The translations under genes were made by a program, and so were the position numbers. The notes below the pieces were generated by a model. The model saw only the letters and a list, made by a program, of their open reading frames with translations, was not told the origin of the DNA and made no database searches. Shown one piece after another: positions 48,723 to 57,386 of a DNA stretch of 64,000 nt (its first letter is position 1; every line of letters begins with the position of its first letter). The stretch is from a virus, in IMG/VR virus record IMGVR_UViG_3300008952_000015, positions 32,001 through 96,000 of that record; one strand, written 5' to 3'.

Positions 48723-49568
48723 TTAGCTATTGTCTATAGTCTCTGAAAAGGTAGAAACAAACTTACCGTAATAAGGTTCCTTCAACATGCTCTCAAATCC
48801 CATACTTTCAAATGAAGCTCTCACTTCCTGTTCGTTAAATTCTGAGGTCGAAACCTCAAGGCCCGTAGTGTCAACGGGCATAAGTCTTATTAAATCGTAA
48901 CTAGTATTATACTCATTGTAGAAACGAGAATCTTTCAATCTATTTTCTAATTCACCATCTTTGGAAAGAATCTTTGAAGCAGTCTTTTTTCCGATGCCTT
49001 TAACCCCAGGAATATTATCAGACTTATCTCCCACCATAGCCTTCCAAGAGACATAATCATAATCTGTATTCTGTCGATAAGAAGAGGCTACTGGATTGTA
49101 TAGCTTTACTGTATCTGGATAGTCGTTTAAAATTTGTATAAAGTCCGTATCGCTTGACACTATGAGTACATCATCGGATGCGTGTAAAGTCTTTATTATG
49201 TGCAAAACAAGATCATCGCACTCGTAATCAGGGTGATACATAGAAGTTACGGGAAAATGCTTTCCCATCAGCTCTATAATGGTATCCTTTTGTCGCTTAA
49301 AAGACTTCCAGTAAGCAACCTCATCTGGATCAGTAGTTTCAACGCGCCTAGTCCCTTTATACTCAGGGTACATCTCCAGTCTTACGGTAGGCTTTCCATC
49401 CAAGGGAAAGTATATCTTATCAGGTTCAAACTGTTCTACGGTTGCCCTTAAAGTTCTCATAAAATTAAAAACTATCTGGTTATCACCAGTGGCAAACCCA
49501 CCTCCCCACTGAAACCGACACCTATGTATCATGTTGTAAGCATCAATTATCATTATTTTCTTCTTCAT
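48723..49568 (-). CDS. 5'-3' exonuclease / flap endonuclease (Pol I N-terminal, T4 RNase H-like)
   Basis: IIDAYN, YPEYKGTR, ECDD, SSDTDFIQ, GDKSDNIPGVKGIGKKTA. Confidence 0.92.
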   Translation of the reverse strand: MKKKIMIIDAYNMIHRCRFQWGGGFATGDNQIVFNFMRTLRATVEQFEPDKIYFPLDGKPTVRLEMYPEYKGTRRVETTDPDEVAYWKSFKRQKDTIIELMGKHFPVTSMYHPDYECDDLVLHIIKTLHASDDVLIVSSDTDFIQILNDYPDTVKLYNPVASSYRQNTDYDYVSWKAMVGDKSDNIPGVKGIGKKTASKILSKDGELENRLKDSRFYNEYNTSYDLIRLMPVDTTGLEVSTSEFNEQEVRASFESMGFESMLKEPYYGKFVSTFSETIDNS

Positions 49569-49652
49569 ATCTCTTCCTATATACTTATGTTGCTCTCGTT
49601 AAGAAAATATACCCACAACTTTGATATTTTCAACTTCTTTATGAAAAAAAAC

Positions 49653-49686
49653 AAAAAGCCGTGGAGACAGCTATATCTCCACGGCT
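49653..49686 (-). terminator. Rho-independent terminator
   Basis: 11-bp stem agccgtggaga/tctccacggct with a U tract on the minus strand. Confidence 0.8.
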
Positions 49687-49701
49687 AATTGCAATCTTGA
49701 T

Positions 49702-49902
49702 TTAGCTTAAGTTTTGATTTAAAAAACTCTTCAAAGCCTTAGCATCCCGAATAGTCATGCTAACAGTCTGATCGCTAAGCCGCCAGTCATCAGAGCTGAC
49801 AGTCAGCGTCAGATTATTGCTACCAGCTTGCTTTCGAGTGCTATGGTTTGTTAGCTCCATCTTAACGCTCTTTGTATCGTGAACTTTATTTATATTCGAC
49901 AT
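49702..49902 (-). CDS. Small hypothetical protein
   Basis: AAGGAG RBS; followed directly by the terminator. Confidence 0.7.
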   Translation of the reverse strand: MSNINKVHDTKSVKMELTNHSTRKQAGSNNLTLTVSSDDWRLSDQTVSMTIRDAKALKSFLNQNLS

Positions 49903-50114
49903 TTATTTCTCCTTTGTGTTGAAAATCATAATTTTATCATCAAGCTTAGGCTCATCCTTAGGCTTGCTCTTGACCTCTCTTTGCTTATCGCTCAGAGTAC
50001 CTTCTTCTTCTGTTGCAGACTCTTCGTTCATCAATCCTCCTTCTCCGGTTAAGTCTCCCCATAGTGGAGAGAACGGGTTATTTCCAAAGCAATATACGCC
50101 TTGGCTCTCTACTG

Positions 50115-50390
50115 CTAGTTCTTTAGAAAATCTTTTTTAAAACCTTCTAATGAAATGATATAATTTATCGTAGTGATATTGTCATCGCTATCTGCTGTTC
50201 TATAGTGGATAAGGCAGTTGTTCAGATCAATATCTGTTACAACACCTTTTTTAAACCTCTCACTCTTAGATTTAGTAGATACTCTTATCGAATCTCCTTT
50301 GCGAAAATCTTTGATAAAAAAACAATGAAACTCGTCGAAAGGCTTACCCCTCATCTTCTTCGCGCCCTTTTTGTAAGGCTTGTCAGACAT
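50115..50390 (-). CDS. Small basic protein (possible SH3/KOW-like barrel)
   Basis: FRKGDSIRV...KGVVTDID. Confidence 0.6.
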   Translation of the reverse strand: MSDKPYKKGAKKMRGKPFDEFHCFFIKDFRKGDSIRVSTKSKSERFKKGVVTDIDLNNCLIHYRTADSDDNITTINYIISLEGFKKDFLKN

Positions 50391-50444
50391 TTTCTTTTCC
50401 TTTAATTAAGGTTTTGATTAGGCATCATCGCCACATGACGATGA

Positions 50445-50618
50445 TTAAGTAGGATCATTAAAGTGAACAACTTGATCTCCAGCAACAATGGCTAATACGT
50501 CGCCCTTAAACCCTTTCTTAAGAAAAGATAGGGTGTCGCTTTTTCCATGCGGCCCATGAATAACCTTTGAGGATAATTCATAAGTACAAGGCTCTCTGTA
50601 TATAACTGTCCAAATCAT
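50445..50618 (-). CDS. Small hypothetical protein
   Basis: ATG 50618 with GGAGGAG RBS; the track start at 50666 lies inside the tRNA. Confidence 0.55.
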   Translation of the reverse strand: MIWTVIYREPCTYELSSKVIHGPHGKSDTLSFLKKGFKGDVLAIVAGDQVVHFNDPT

Positions 50619-50638
50619 ATCGCTCTCCTCCAGGCAAG

Positions 50639-50725
50639 TGGTAGGGATGATGGGACTCGAACCCATAAGATCATTTGATCGACAGATTTTAAGTCTGTTG
50701 CGTATGCCAATTCCGCCACATCCCC
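50639..50725 (-). tRNA. tRNA-Leu(UAA)
   Basis: GGGGATG...CATCCCT-A-CCA acceptor, D arm GGCGGAATTGGCATACGC, anticodon arm ACAGA-CTTAAAA-TCTGT, long variable arm, GGTTCGAGTCC T arm; encoded CCA. Confidence 0.95.
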
Positions 50726-50739
50726 ATTGTAGTCATAAA

Positions 50740-51360
50740 TCAAATAATGTCAATAGAATTTTCAAACATATGTTTGACCTTCTTTTTTATCACCTTGTTA
50801 ATACCAGGGTTGATAGTTAAAACATTTTCCATCAGTTTGTGCCGGATAAGATTCCGCATATAAGAAGTGTCAGCGTTACTAGGATCTTCTAAGAATGGGA
50901 CTTCTTTTCTGGCGCACCAGCCCGTTAGAGCAAGTTTGCTGGTAGCTAAGAATGGTCTGATAAAGTTGTCCCGACTATATGGAATAAGCATTGGGTTGCC
51001 ATGAATGGATGTAAATAGCCATGTTTCAACTGCGTCATCTAGGTGATGGCATGTGATAATCTTTTTGTCTAAAAAGTTAGAGAAAAATGCGTATCTTTCA
51101 TTTCTCCAGTATTCTTCTTTTGATTCGTCAGAAGCTCGTTCTCTCTCTACCGTTCCGACCTCAAGTCGAAGATTTCTGTTCTCACAATAATTTCTAACAA
51201 AAGCTTCTGCTTTGGGCGCAAATGCAGTACCATGATTAAAATGGAGCACGAGCAATTCTCTATTGCTTCGACTAAGAAAGTCCAATACAGCCATGCTATC
51301 AGAGCCTCCAGAGACAGCTACCGCTACCTTCTTTGGAATACTCCCTAAAATATTAATCAT
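50740..51360 (-). CDS. tilS: tRNA(Ile)-lysidine synthetase, catalytic domain only
   Basis: AVSGGSDSM PP-loop, HFNHG, RNERY, CHHLDDAVET, IRPFL, EDPSN, RNLIRH. Confidence 0.88.
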   Translation of the reverse strand: MINILGSIPKKVAVAVSGGSDSMAVLDFLSRSNRELLVLHFNHGTAFAPKAEAFVRNYCENRNLRLEVGTVERERASDESKEEYWRNERYAFFSNFLDKKIITCHHLDDAVETWLFTSIHGNPMLIPYSRDNFIRPFLATSKLALTGWCARKEVPFLEDPSNADTSYMRNLIRHKLMENVLTINPGINKVIKKKVKHMFENSIDII

Positions 51361-51395
51361 AAAGCAATACCCTACCAGTAATGATTCCTATGTCA

Positions 51396-51419
51396 ATATA
51401 ACTGATGAAGAAAATATTT
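51396..51419 (-). promoter_or_regulatory. Motif A copy
   Basis: atataactgatgaagaaaatattt upstream of tilS and tRNA-Leu. Confidence 0.7.
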
Positions 51420-51427
51420 AAAATAAT

Positions 51428-51712
51428 TTAATGAAGCATCCCATCATCACCACCGAACCCGCCGCTTGAGGATATTATGTGAGATAGGATCTGTTCAAAT
51501 GTCTGCAACTTTGTTACATTAAGTTGGATTTGTGTCTGATGTAATGTTTGCTGTTGCTCTAAAATAGATAGCTCTTTCTCTAAAAGTTCAAAGCTTTTAT
51601 TTATGATCTCTGATTTTAAATGCTTTTGTATCATAAACATCGAATATATGTTTGCAACAGATAGAATTAAGGCTATCATTAATAATGCTATTGAAAAATA
51701 ATCTATATACAT
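51428..51712 (-). CDS. Membrane-anchored coiled-coil protein
   Basis: N-terminal TM helix followed by a Q/L-rich helix. Confidence 0.65.
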   Translation of the reverse strand: MYIDYFSIALLMIALILSVANIYSMFMIQKHLKSEIINKSFELLEKELSILEQQQTLHQTQIQLNVTKLQTFEQILSHIISSSGGFGGDDGMLH

Positions 51713-51714
51713 AT

Positions 51715-52032
51715 CTATTCTATATACTCAGTTAATAAGTTTTTAATTTCTTCAAGGTCACTTGCATCAAATGACTCATATATAATACTAACAAGTTCGC
51801 TTTTAAACATTTCATTTGTAGCGTTTGCTTGAATTTCTGCCCTAAGGTCATCAAAGTCAGCCCCGCGACTATACCCCTCTTCTGCCTCTAGGCTAAGTTC
51901 ATCAGAGGTACTTGTAGCGACTCCATAAAGCTTATGTATCATGTCGTCAATATATATTGACTCCTCAGTCATCTCTAGTTCATAAAGTTCTTTTGATAAT
52001 CTTAATAATTCAGCTAACATTTTAATCTCCAA
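51715..52032 (-). CDS. Acidic protein with divergent shared leader motif
   Basis: MLAELLRLSKELYELEMTEESIYIDDMI; probable start 52020 (GGAGA RBS). Confidence 0.65.
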   Translation of the reverse strand: MEIKMLAELLRLSKELYELEMTEESIYIDDMIHKLYGVATSTSDELSLEAEEGYSRGADFDDLRAEIQANATNEMFKSELVSIIYESFDASDLEEIKNLLTEYIE

Positions 52033-52105
52033 TTCTATTATTTTTCACAAGTAACATTACATCGTATTACTATATTTTATTATTTTTCAATAATAGAACA
52101 ACTTT

Positions 52106-52363
52106 ATGTGCAAGAAGAGAATAAATCTTATGAAAATTATACCGAAAATTGTTTTATATGTTGCTGTAGTTCTGCTGCTATCTGTTTCTTTAAACGAAAA
52201 AGCTGATTCTCAAATTGAGTCGTCAATAATAGAACCTATTGTGATTGAGAGTCAAGCAAAAGTAGAGCCTACCCCCTATAGCGTTAGCGACGAAAATAAA
52301 ATTAAGAACCCAATATATAAAGAGAAAATAATTTTAAGCTCTAGTTTAAAATTAGATCATTAG
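52106..52363 (+). CDS. Small exported/membrane protein
   Basis: Hydrophobic N-terminal segment; TATTACTATA (motif B-like) at 52065-52074. Confidence 0.55.
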   Translation: MCKKRINLMKIIPKIVLYVAVVLLLSVSLNEKADSQIESSIIEPIVIESQAKVEPTPYSVSDENKIKNPIYKEKIILSSSLKLDH

Positions 52364-52667
52364 ATCTAGAAAAATTAGAATAAGCATCTATGTGAAACTT
52401 ATCTATAAAATCTAAATATATATCTTGGTCTGGAAAGACTATAGTAGATGCGATTGCTCCACCGCTAGGCTTTTCTACGCAGAATGTCATAACTGGAAAC
52501 GAAAACTCTTCCTCAATACCTTCGCTTCCCATAACCGATATAAAGCCCTGCATATTCTCTACTGAGCTGCCAAAAGGAATTGTTGTTAGAAGTCTTCCTC
52601 CTAAGCCTTTTTGTTGTTCCCATAATGTTTGAGGGGTTTCTTCATTCATCTTTGACGCAAAAGTCAT
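52341..52667 (-). CDS. Hypothetical protein
   Basis: ORF in operon context. Confidence 0.6.
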   Translation of the reverse strand: MTFASKMNEETPQTLWEQQKGLGGRLLTTIPFGSSVENMQGFISVMGSEGIEEEFSFPVMTFCVEKPSGGAIASTIVFPDQDIYLDFIDKFHIDAYSNFSRSNDLILN

Positions 52668-52677
52668 ATATGCCTAC

Positions 52678-52956
52678 CTATGTTTTGATTTTATCAAGCA
52701 AAAATAACGCAGGGTATGACAATGTTTCCTCTAACTCTACAAACTCCCAGAGTGGTAGGTCTTCAAGAACACCCTCATACCTCTTAGTCTTATAAGAACT
52801 GTCTCTAAGGCGCTTTAATCCATTATTAATAGCTCGTACAGCATCTCCTTTTCTAGGCCATGTCTTCCCTACTTTGGTCCATTTCTCTCGCGAGAGAGAA
52901 GACAGAAAGAGCTTTGTTTTAGTATGCCGAACTTTATATCCAAGAACTTTTCTCAT
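52678..52956 (-). CDS. Hypothetical basic protein
   Basis: YKVRH..TKLF...WTKVGKTW, a phage-like small protein. Confidence 0.65.
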   Translation of the reverse strand: MRKVLGYKVRHTKTKLFLSSLSREKWTKVGKTWPRKGDAVRAINNGLKRLRDSSYKTKRYEGVLEDLPLWEFVELEETLSYPALFLLDKIKT

Positions 52957-52992
52957 GGGTATATTATACCCATTATTATTTTCAGTCTCTAT

Positions 52993-53226
52993 TTATTCTT
53001 TTTTAGAAACAATCGTGCCAGATATATTATCATCAGTCTTGCCAGCCAATGTAGTTGATACAAACTTTTGAAAACGCTTATGAGAAAACCTCTTTAGGCC
53101 CTCTCTTTTTTTGAACCATTCTACAAAATCTTTGTCTAAATCAAAGTGTAAAGTAGACGTTCCGTTTTTATTATCTGTAATTTTAGATATTTTAAGTCGA
53201 GCAATATGTTCTGCTTCACTCTTCAT
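52993..53226 (-). CDS. Hypothetical protein
   Basis: Coupled ORF. Confidence 0.6.
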   Translation of the reverse strand: MKSEAEHIARLKISKITDNKNGTSTLHFDLDKDFVEWFKKREGLKRFSHKRFQKFVSTTLAGKTDDNISGTIVSKKE

Positions 53227-53809
53227 CTTTCAAGCTCCTAACTTTGGCTCTAGCGGCAGCTCCTTCTTCGGTAAATATTTCATACAAAGACCGAACTTCT
53301 CTGGTTAACTCCGATAACCCAAGGCTTTCTTCCCAGTCATTAATAGACCCAACGCCCTCTTCCAAGGAAGAGTAATTCACGGCCTCTAACTCAACAACGC
53401 TGCGTCCATCAGATAAGGTATAGTAGGACACGTCACAGTTATCAAAGTGCCATATCCAAGCCTCCTTATAGACCTGAAATGCTTTTTCGTATCCAGCCAA
53501 GGTTAAGAACTCTACTACAGCAGAGTCTTCGTTGTCTGTAACATTTAGGTTAATTTCTTTTCTTATAACATTTGTCTTGAGCTTCCTCTTTAATGTTAGC
53601 TCGTAAATGCCGCCACCTTTTCTAAAGCGCACAAAGTTTTGCCCATCATCTTCATTTCTTAGATAATAATCATCACAGGATACAACGTAAATAGTTTCCG
53701 GGGTTTCCAGAGAATTATTCCCTATTACAACCTCTTCTATTCGCGCAAACAAATCTTCTTTAGTAAAAGATTTTGCCCAATATTTATATTCAATTTCCTT
53801 ATAATCCAT
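53216..53809 (-). CDS. CYTH-domain (triphosphate tunnel / CyaB-like) protein
   Basis: EIEYK (ExExK), D.YY, VRFR, ELTLK, RKEIN, VELE, SLYE. Confidence 0.82.
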   Translation of the reverse strand: MDYKEIEYKYWAKSFTKEDLFARIEEVVIGNNSLETPETIYVVSCDDYYLRNEDDGQNFVRFRKGGGIYELTLKRKLKTNVIRKEINLNVTDNEDSAVVEFLTLAGYEKAFQVYKEAWIWHFDNCDVSYYTLSDGRSVVELEAVNYSSLEEGVGSINDWEESLGLSELTREVRSLYEIFTEEGAAARAKVRSLKDEE

Positions 53810-53818
53810 TTCTTACTC

Positions 53819-54175
53819 CTATTTTATTCTATGTATAGCATAGCCTTCTGATACCATCAGGTCATTTACACTACACCAAGAACCATCTGGACTCTCTATC
53901 CATATGTTCGCCAAATATCGCCCATACTTACCCTTCTTGTCTCGTATTGTTTGAACAAGAACGCTTCTGTCTAAGACTTTAGACCTAAGAAAGTCCCTAG
54001 ACTCCCTTGCTTTTATCAAGGTCTTTCCTCTAAGCTCAGGAGAGTCTATTCCATAAAGTCTCATCTTCAAGCCATCTCGCTTAATCTTCATGCCCAAATC
54101 AAGACTTATAGTCACAGTATCTCCGTCATAAACGCCTGTAATAACCCCTTTGTAAAAATATAAGTTATCTATCAA
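53819..54175 (-). CDS. Thermonuclease (SNase) family protein
   Basis: VYDGDTV, RLYGIDSPE, GKYGRYLA, VNDLMVSEGYA. Confidence 0.9.
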   Translation of the reverse strand: MIDNLYFYKGVITGVYDGDTVTISLDLGMKIKRDGLKMRLYGIDSPELRGKTLIKARESRDFLRSKVLDRSVLVQTIRDKKGKYGRYLANIWIESPDGSWCSVNDLMVSEGYAIHRIK

Positions 54176-54184
54176 GTTTTCTCC

Positions 54185-55165
54185 CTAGATATAGATATGA
54201 GACACAGACGGAGGAAAAGTTCTTTCTGCATCAAGAAACTCTCTTACTCCATCTAAATTCTTTCTGCCTAATAGAAAAAGGGCGTAATCGCCTCTAAATG
54301 TCTTCATTTTTGTAAAATGTTTAAAACATAACTCAAATGATCTCACCATATCTTTAAAGTCACTTCCGGCAAGAAGAACTTTCCCATACACATCATTAAC
54401 AAGAGTTACTTTCTTCTGATATTCAGAATAATCTATAGTATCTGTGTCAACATATATTTGATATATAAGCTCAGATAGCGAAGGTGAAAAGTCTAATAAG
54501 TATCTTTTGGAATACTTAAAGGCCCTTAGCCCTGCGTATATTCTCTGAGACATAGAGCGATCACTCAGATAGTTTGTTGGGTTATTGATTCTTAATTTGA
54601 AATCATCAAAAGCAGAATCTAACGCAGAGTCATAATAAAGAACCCCATCGTGATAAGCAACGCAACAATTTATAAAATCAAAAGTCTCAAATAAATCTCC
54701 TATTGAAGAGACAGGCTTTTTTATAGCTTGAAAAACATATGATGTTGGGGCAACTTCTCTGAGAAAACTATTCGCCCACTTGCTAGTCTTTACTATTCTG
54801 TAGTCAGATCCAAGTGGAGAAGATAGACTCGGAACCCCAACCGTTTCTTTTAAGAGTGTATCAAGGTCTGATAGCATCCAAGATCCAAACCCATTAGAGT
54901 GTAATGGGCTGCTCTCAAAGAACCAAGCGTCTATATCTCCAAACTTATCTAGCTTGTCCTCAAAGACAACATTCCTAGTTCCACTGAAAGTGGCGGCTCT
55001 CTCAAGCTGCCTCCACTTTGAGTCTGAATCATAAAGCCGATAAGCTCTGTATACAGAGAGCATTGAGCCTCCTGCAAAAACAGGCTTTAGCTGCATGAGG
55101 TTATCATCTTTTACAATGTGACTTACAAGCCAATCAATTCGTTTATCGGAAATGGTTTTAATCAT
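54185..55165 (-). CDS. Pol-beta-superfamily nucleotidyltransferase-like protein
   Basis: FAGGS...DID.W and FDFINCCVAY motifs, as in phage PolyA/CCA-like NTases. Confidence 0.65.
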   Translation of the reverse strand: MIKTISDKRIDWLVSHIVKDDNLMQLKPVFAGGSMLSVYRAYRLYDSDSKWRQLERAATFSGTRNVVFEDKLDKFGDIDAWFFESSPLHSNGFGSWMLSDLDTLLKETVGVPSLSSPLGSDYRIVKTSKWANSFLREVAPTSYVFQAIKKPVSSIGDLFETFDFINCCVAYHDGVLYYDSALDSAFDDFKLRINNPTNYLSDRSMSQRIYAGLRAFKYSKRYLLDFSPSLSELIYQIYVDTDTIDYSEYQKKVTLVNDVYGKVLLAGSDFKDMVRSFELCFKHFTKMKTFRGDYALFLLGRKNLDGVREFLDAERTFPPSVSHIYI

Positions 55166-55971
55166 GTATGCTTTAGCTTTCGCTCTAAGGCTCTTGAGAT
55201 CCTCTCGCCAGCATTTCTTAGGTTAATAAAATACAAGGCATCTTCTGGTGACATTCGGCTAATTAAAGCCGTTAGCATCATTTCCATATTGCTATAGTTT
55301 AGATCTATAGACGGATCAAGCTCTTTTGCTTGCTCTATAAGAGGTGCAAACTCTTCTGGCTCAGCAAGGGCAATAGCCTGTCTGTGAAGCCAAGTTGACC
55401 ACCACCACTGGCTCTCTTCTTTATTCACAGTTAAAGAGGAAGGAAGAAAGGTCTTGTAGCAATTATCAACACCTATTCTTGTCATAGCCATGTTTCTTAC
55501 ACTATACTTCTTATCTCCCAGCATAGGCTTTAAAAACTTTACAGGCAGGATTCTTGCACACCTAGTTCTAATACGAGCATCAGGAGAGTTACGAAGCCTC
55601 TTAGCCATCTTAAGCCTAATTGACGAATGAGCATTGTCCAACATAAAGATTGCCCATACGCCACTGGAGCTGTTCGTTAAAACCTTTAGATCCTCTTGCC
55701 TTTGGACGCTCAAGGAACTCATTACAACCTCGTTGATTAGAACTCCAAATCTCTTTTTCGACCCCTTAGTAAAAGACGTTAGAGGGTAATGGTTCCATCT
55801 TGAATCTGAAATAAGCTTAGCCTTAGAGCGGCTAGACATAGCGTTCCATACCTCAAAGACTTGATCTGTATTACTAAAGGAAAGTCCTTGCCACCTTCTT
55901 CCGTCATCAGTTGTTGTAAGCCTTAGGGCTTTTGAAAATTTTTCATATGGATGATTTACAGCTTTCTTCAT
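55162..55971 (-). CDS. HEAT-like repeat protein (paralog 4)
   Basis: SPDARIRTRCARIL, MLGDKKYSVRNMAMTRIG; C-terminal ISRALERKL. Confidence 0.7.
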   Translation of the reverse strand: MKKAVNHPYEKFSKALRLTTTDDGRRWQGLSFSNTDQVFEVWNAMSSRSKAKLISDSRWNHYPLTSFTKGSKKRFGVLINEVVMSSLSVQRQEDLKVLTNSSSGVWAIFMLDNAHSSIRLKMAKRLRNSPDARIRTRCARILPVKFLKPMLGDKKYSVRNMAMTRIGVDNCYKTFLPSSLTVNKEESQWWWSTWLHRQAIALAEPEEFAPLIEQAKELDPSIDLNYSNMEMMLTALISRMSPEDALYFINLRNAGERISRALERKLKHT

Positions 55972-56026
55972 CGTATCCTCATATTGTTAAATTGTTATGG
56001 AAATTGTCTTAGCAAAATCCTATGTC

Positions 56027-56608
56027 TCATTTTCCTTTTTCCCATCTTTTTCTACAAATTTCTTCCCAATTTTTATGGCAATCAGAACAGAGGGTTCTGA
56101 TCCAGCCACCACTCCTCTCTTCGCCAGGACTTCCACATTCTTCACAAGTCTTGCAAGAAAGCTCTTCTGCTTTACTAATCAAGTTATAAATCTCATCATT
56201 TCCAGCGGTCATATAGAATCTAAGTCCACCATACTTTTCTTTTACCTGTATTGCTTTTGGGTAAGATCCCTTGTATTCATCACAAAAGCAAGCATAGTAG
56301 TTTACAGGCGGCTTCTCCTTTGACTCTAAATCTTCATGGATGGATAGACACCTTCCTGGGCTTTGCGTCTTACAGGCGTAATGACGCTCCTTAGAGCACC
56401 CACATTTAGAACAGGACAGATTGGGGTTGTCGTCAATAATACCCTGTATGATAGGCTCAAGCTTTGAGGATAAATCCCAAACTATATCAAACCATCCATC
56501 GCCACACTCAAAGCCCCAACACATGCAGGTTGCTTGCATCGAACCTTGTCTGTCGCTATAAAGAAGCGGAAAGCTCTCAACCAGCTTTTTATCTAACTCT
56601 TCATTCAT
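56027..56608 (-). CDS. Conserved phage-type Zn-binding hypothetical protein
   Basis: ECGDGW..., QVKEKYGGLRFY, CEECG...WIRTLC..C, with an extra Cys-rich insert. Confidence 0.7.
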   Translation of the reverse strand: MNEELDKKLVESFPLLYSDRQGSMQATCMCWGFECGDGWFDIVWDLSSKLEPIIQGIIDDNPNLSCSKCGCSKERHYACKTQSPGRCLSIHEDLESKEKPPVNYYACFCDEYKGSYPKAIQVKEKYGGLRFYMTAGNDEIYNLISKAEELSCKTCEECGSPGEERSGGWIRTLCSDCHKNWEEICRKRWEKGK

Positions 56609-56704
56609 CTTAAGCCCTTAAGTATTAAATGGCAAGACCCAGCCAACCTGCCTGTTGCTACGCAACCCACCCACTACGAACGGGGTAACTTCATAATATA
56701 TCAG

Positions 56705-56917
56705 TTAGCCCTTATCCTGAACGAACTGATAAAGTTTTTCAGCTTCTTCTAAAACGTCTTCTGTCGTATAAGGCTCAACGGCATCACGCTGCCCCTCTGG
56801 TCTTAAGTGTTCATTTTGAAATTGTTGGTTTACCCGACTTTCCAAAATGCCAATAGCCATCCCCAATAGATCTGTGCGAATCTCATATCCGTTTTTATTT
56901 ATATTATATGTGCTCAT
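56705..56917 (-). CDS. Small phage hypothetical protein
   Basis: NGYEIRTDLL..A...PYTTEDVLEEAEKLYQFV, a pattern recalled from T4-like phages. Confidence 0.7.
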   Translation of the reverse strand: MSTYNINKNGYEIRTDLLGMAIGILESRVNQQFQNEHLRPEGQRDAVEPYTTEDVLEEAEKLYQFVQDKG

Positions 56918-56993
56918 TTCATCTTCTCTCTCTGTGTTAAAGGCTTAATTGCCTCAATTATATTATACCACAAAAAGATTAACTTATACTAAG

Positions 56994-57364
56994 TGGTGGA
57001 GGCGGCGGGAGTCGAACCCGCGTCCAAAATAAGTCACGCATCAAGTCATTCACAAGCTTGTCTGATGTATTCCCACAACAGCAAGGTAGCTACAGAAAAC
57101 CCTTTTCCTATGTAGCCTCGGAAGCCCACTCATTAAAATGAGGCATCCATCTTGATTTTTTATTTTAGCAGGATCTCTACCTGTTATTTAACATTGGATT
57201 ACAAGGCTGTTAAAGGCCCAGACAACTAAGCTGCTAAAGCAAATTCGTTGTAGTAATAATTGTCATTGGCAATTATAAGTTTTGCAACAAGTTTTAAGCC
57301 ATTTGTTACCGTAGACTGCTTGCACTATCCGCTATCATTACCCTGTCGATACCATTTCGCCCCC
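56994..57364 (-). ncRNA. ssrA: tmRNA; tag (A)ANDNYYYNEFALAA at 57226-57270
   Basis: 5' GGGGGCGAAATGGTATCGAC; 3' GGACGCGGGTTCGACTCCCGCCGCCTCCACCA; G3-U70 pair; tag ORF GCC AAT GAC AAT...GCT TTA GCA GCT TAG; 371 nt. Confidence 0.95.
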
Positions 57365-57386
57365 ATATATAGATTAGGTCAAAGTC

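Noticed and set aside
50619-50820. ORF track calls 50638-50820 (+) and the 5' part of 50445-50666 (-)
   Set aside because: Both overlap the tRNA-Leu; the real small gene most likely starts at ATG 50618 behind a strong RBS.
56994-57033. Separate tRNA or prophage att site at the GGTTCGACTCC...CCA sequence
   Set aside because: It is the 3' end of the tmRNA and pairs with 57358-57364; no integrase or second copy was seen.
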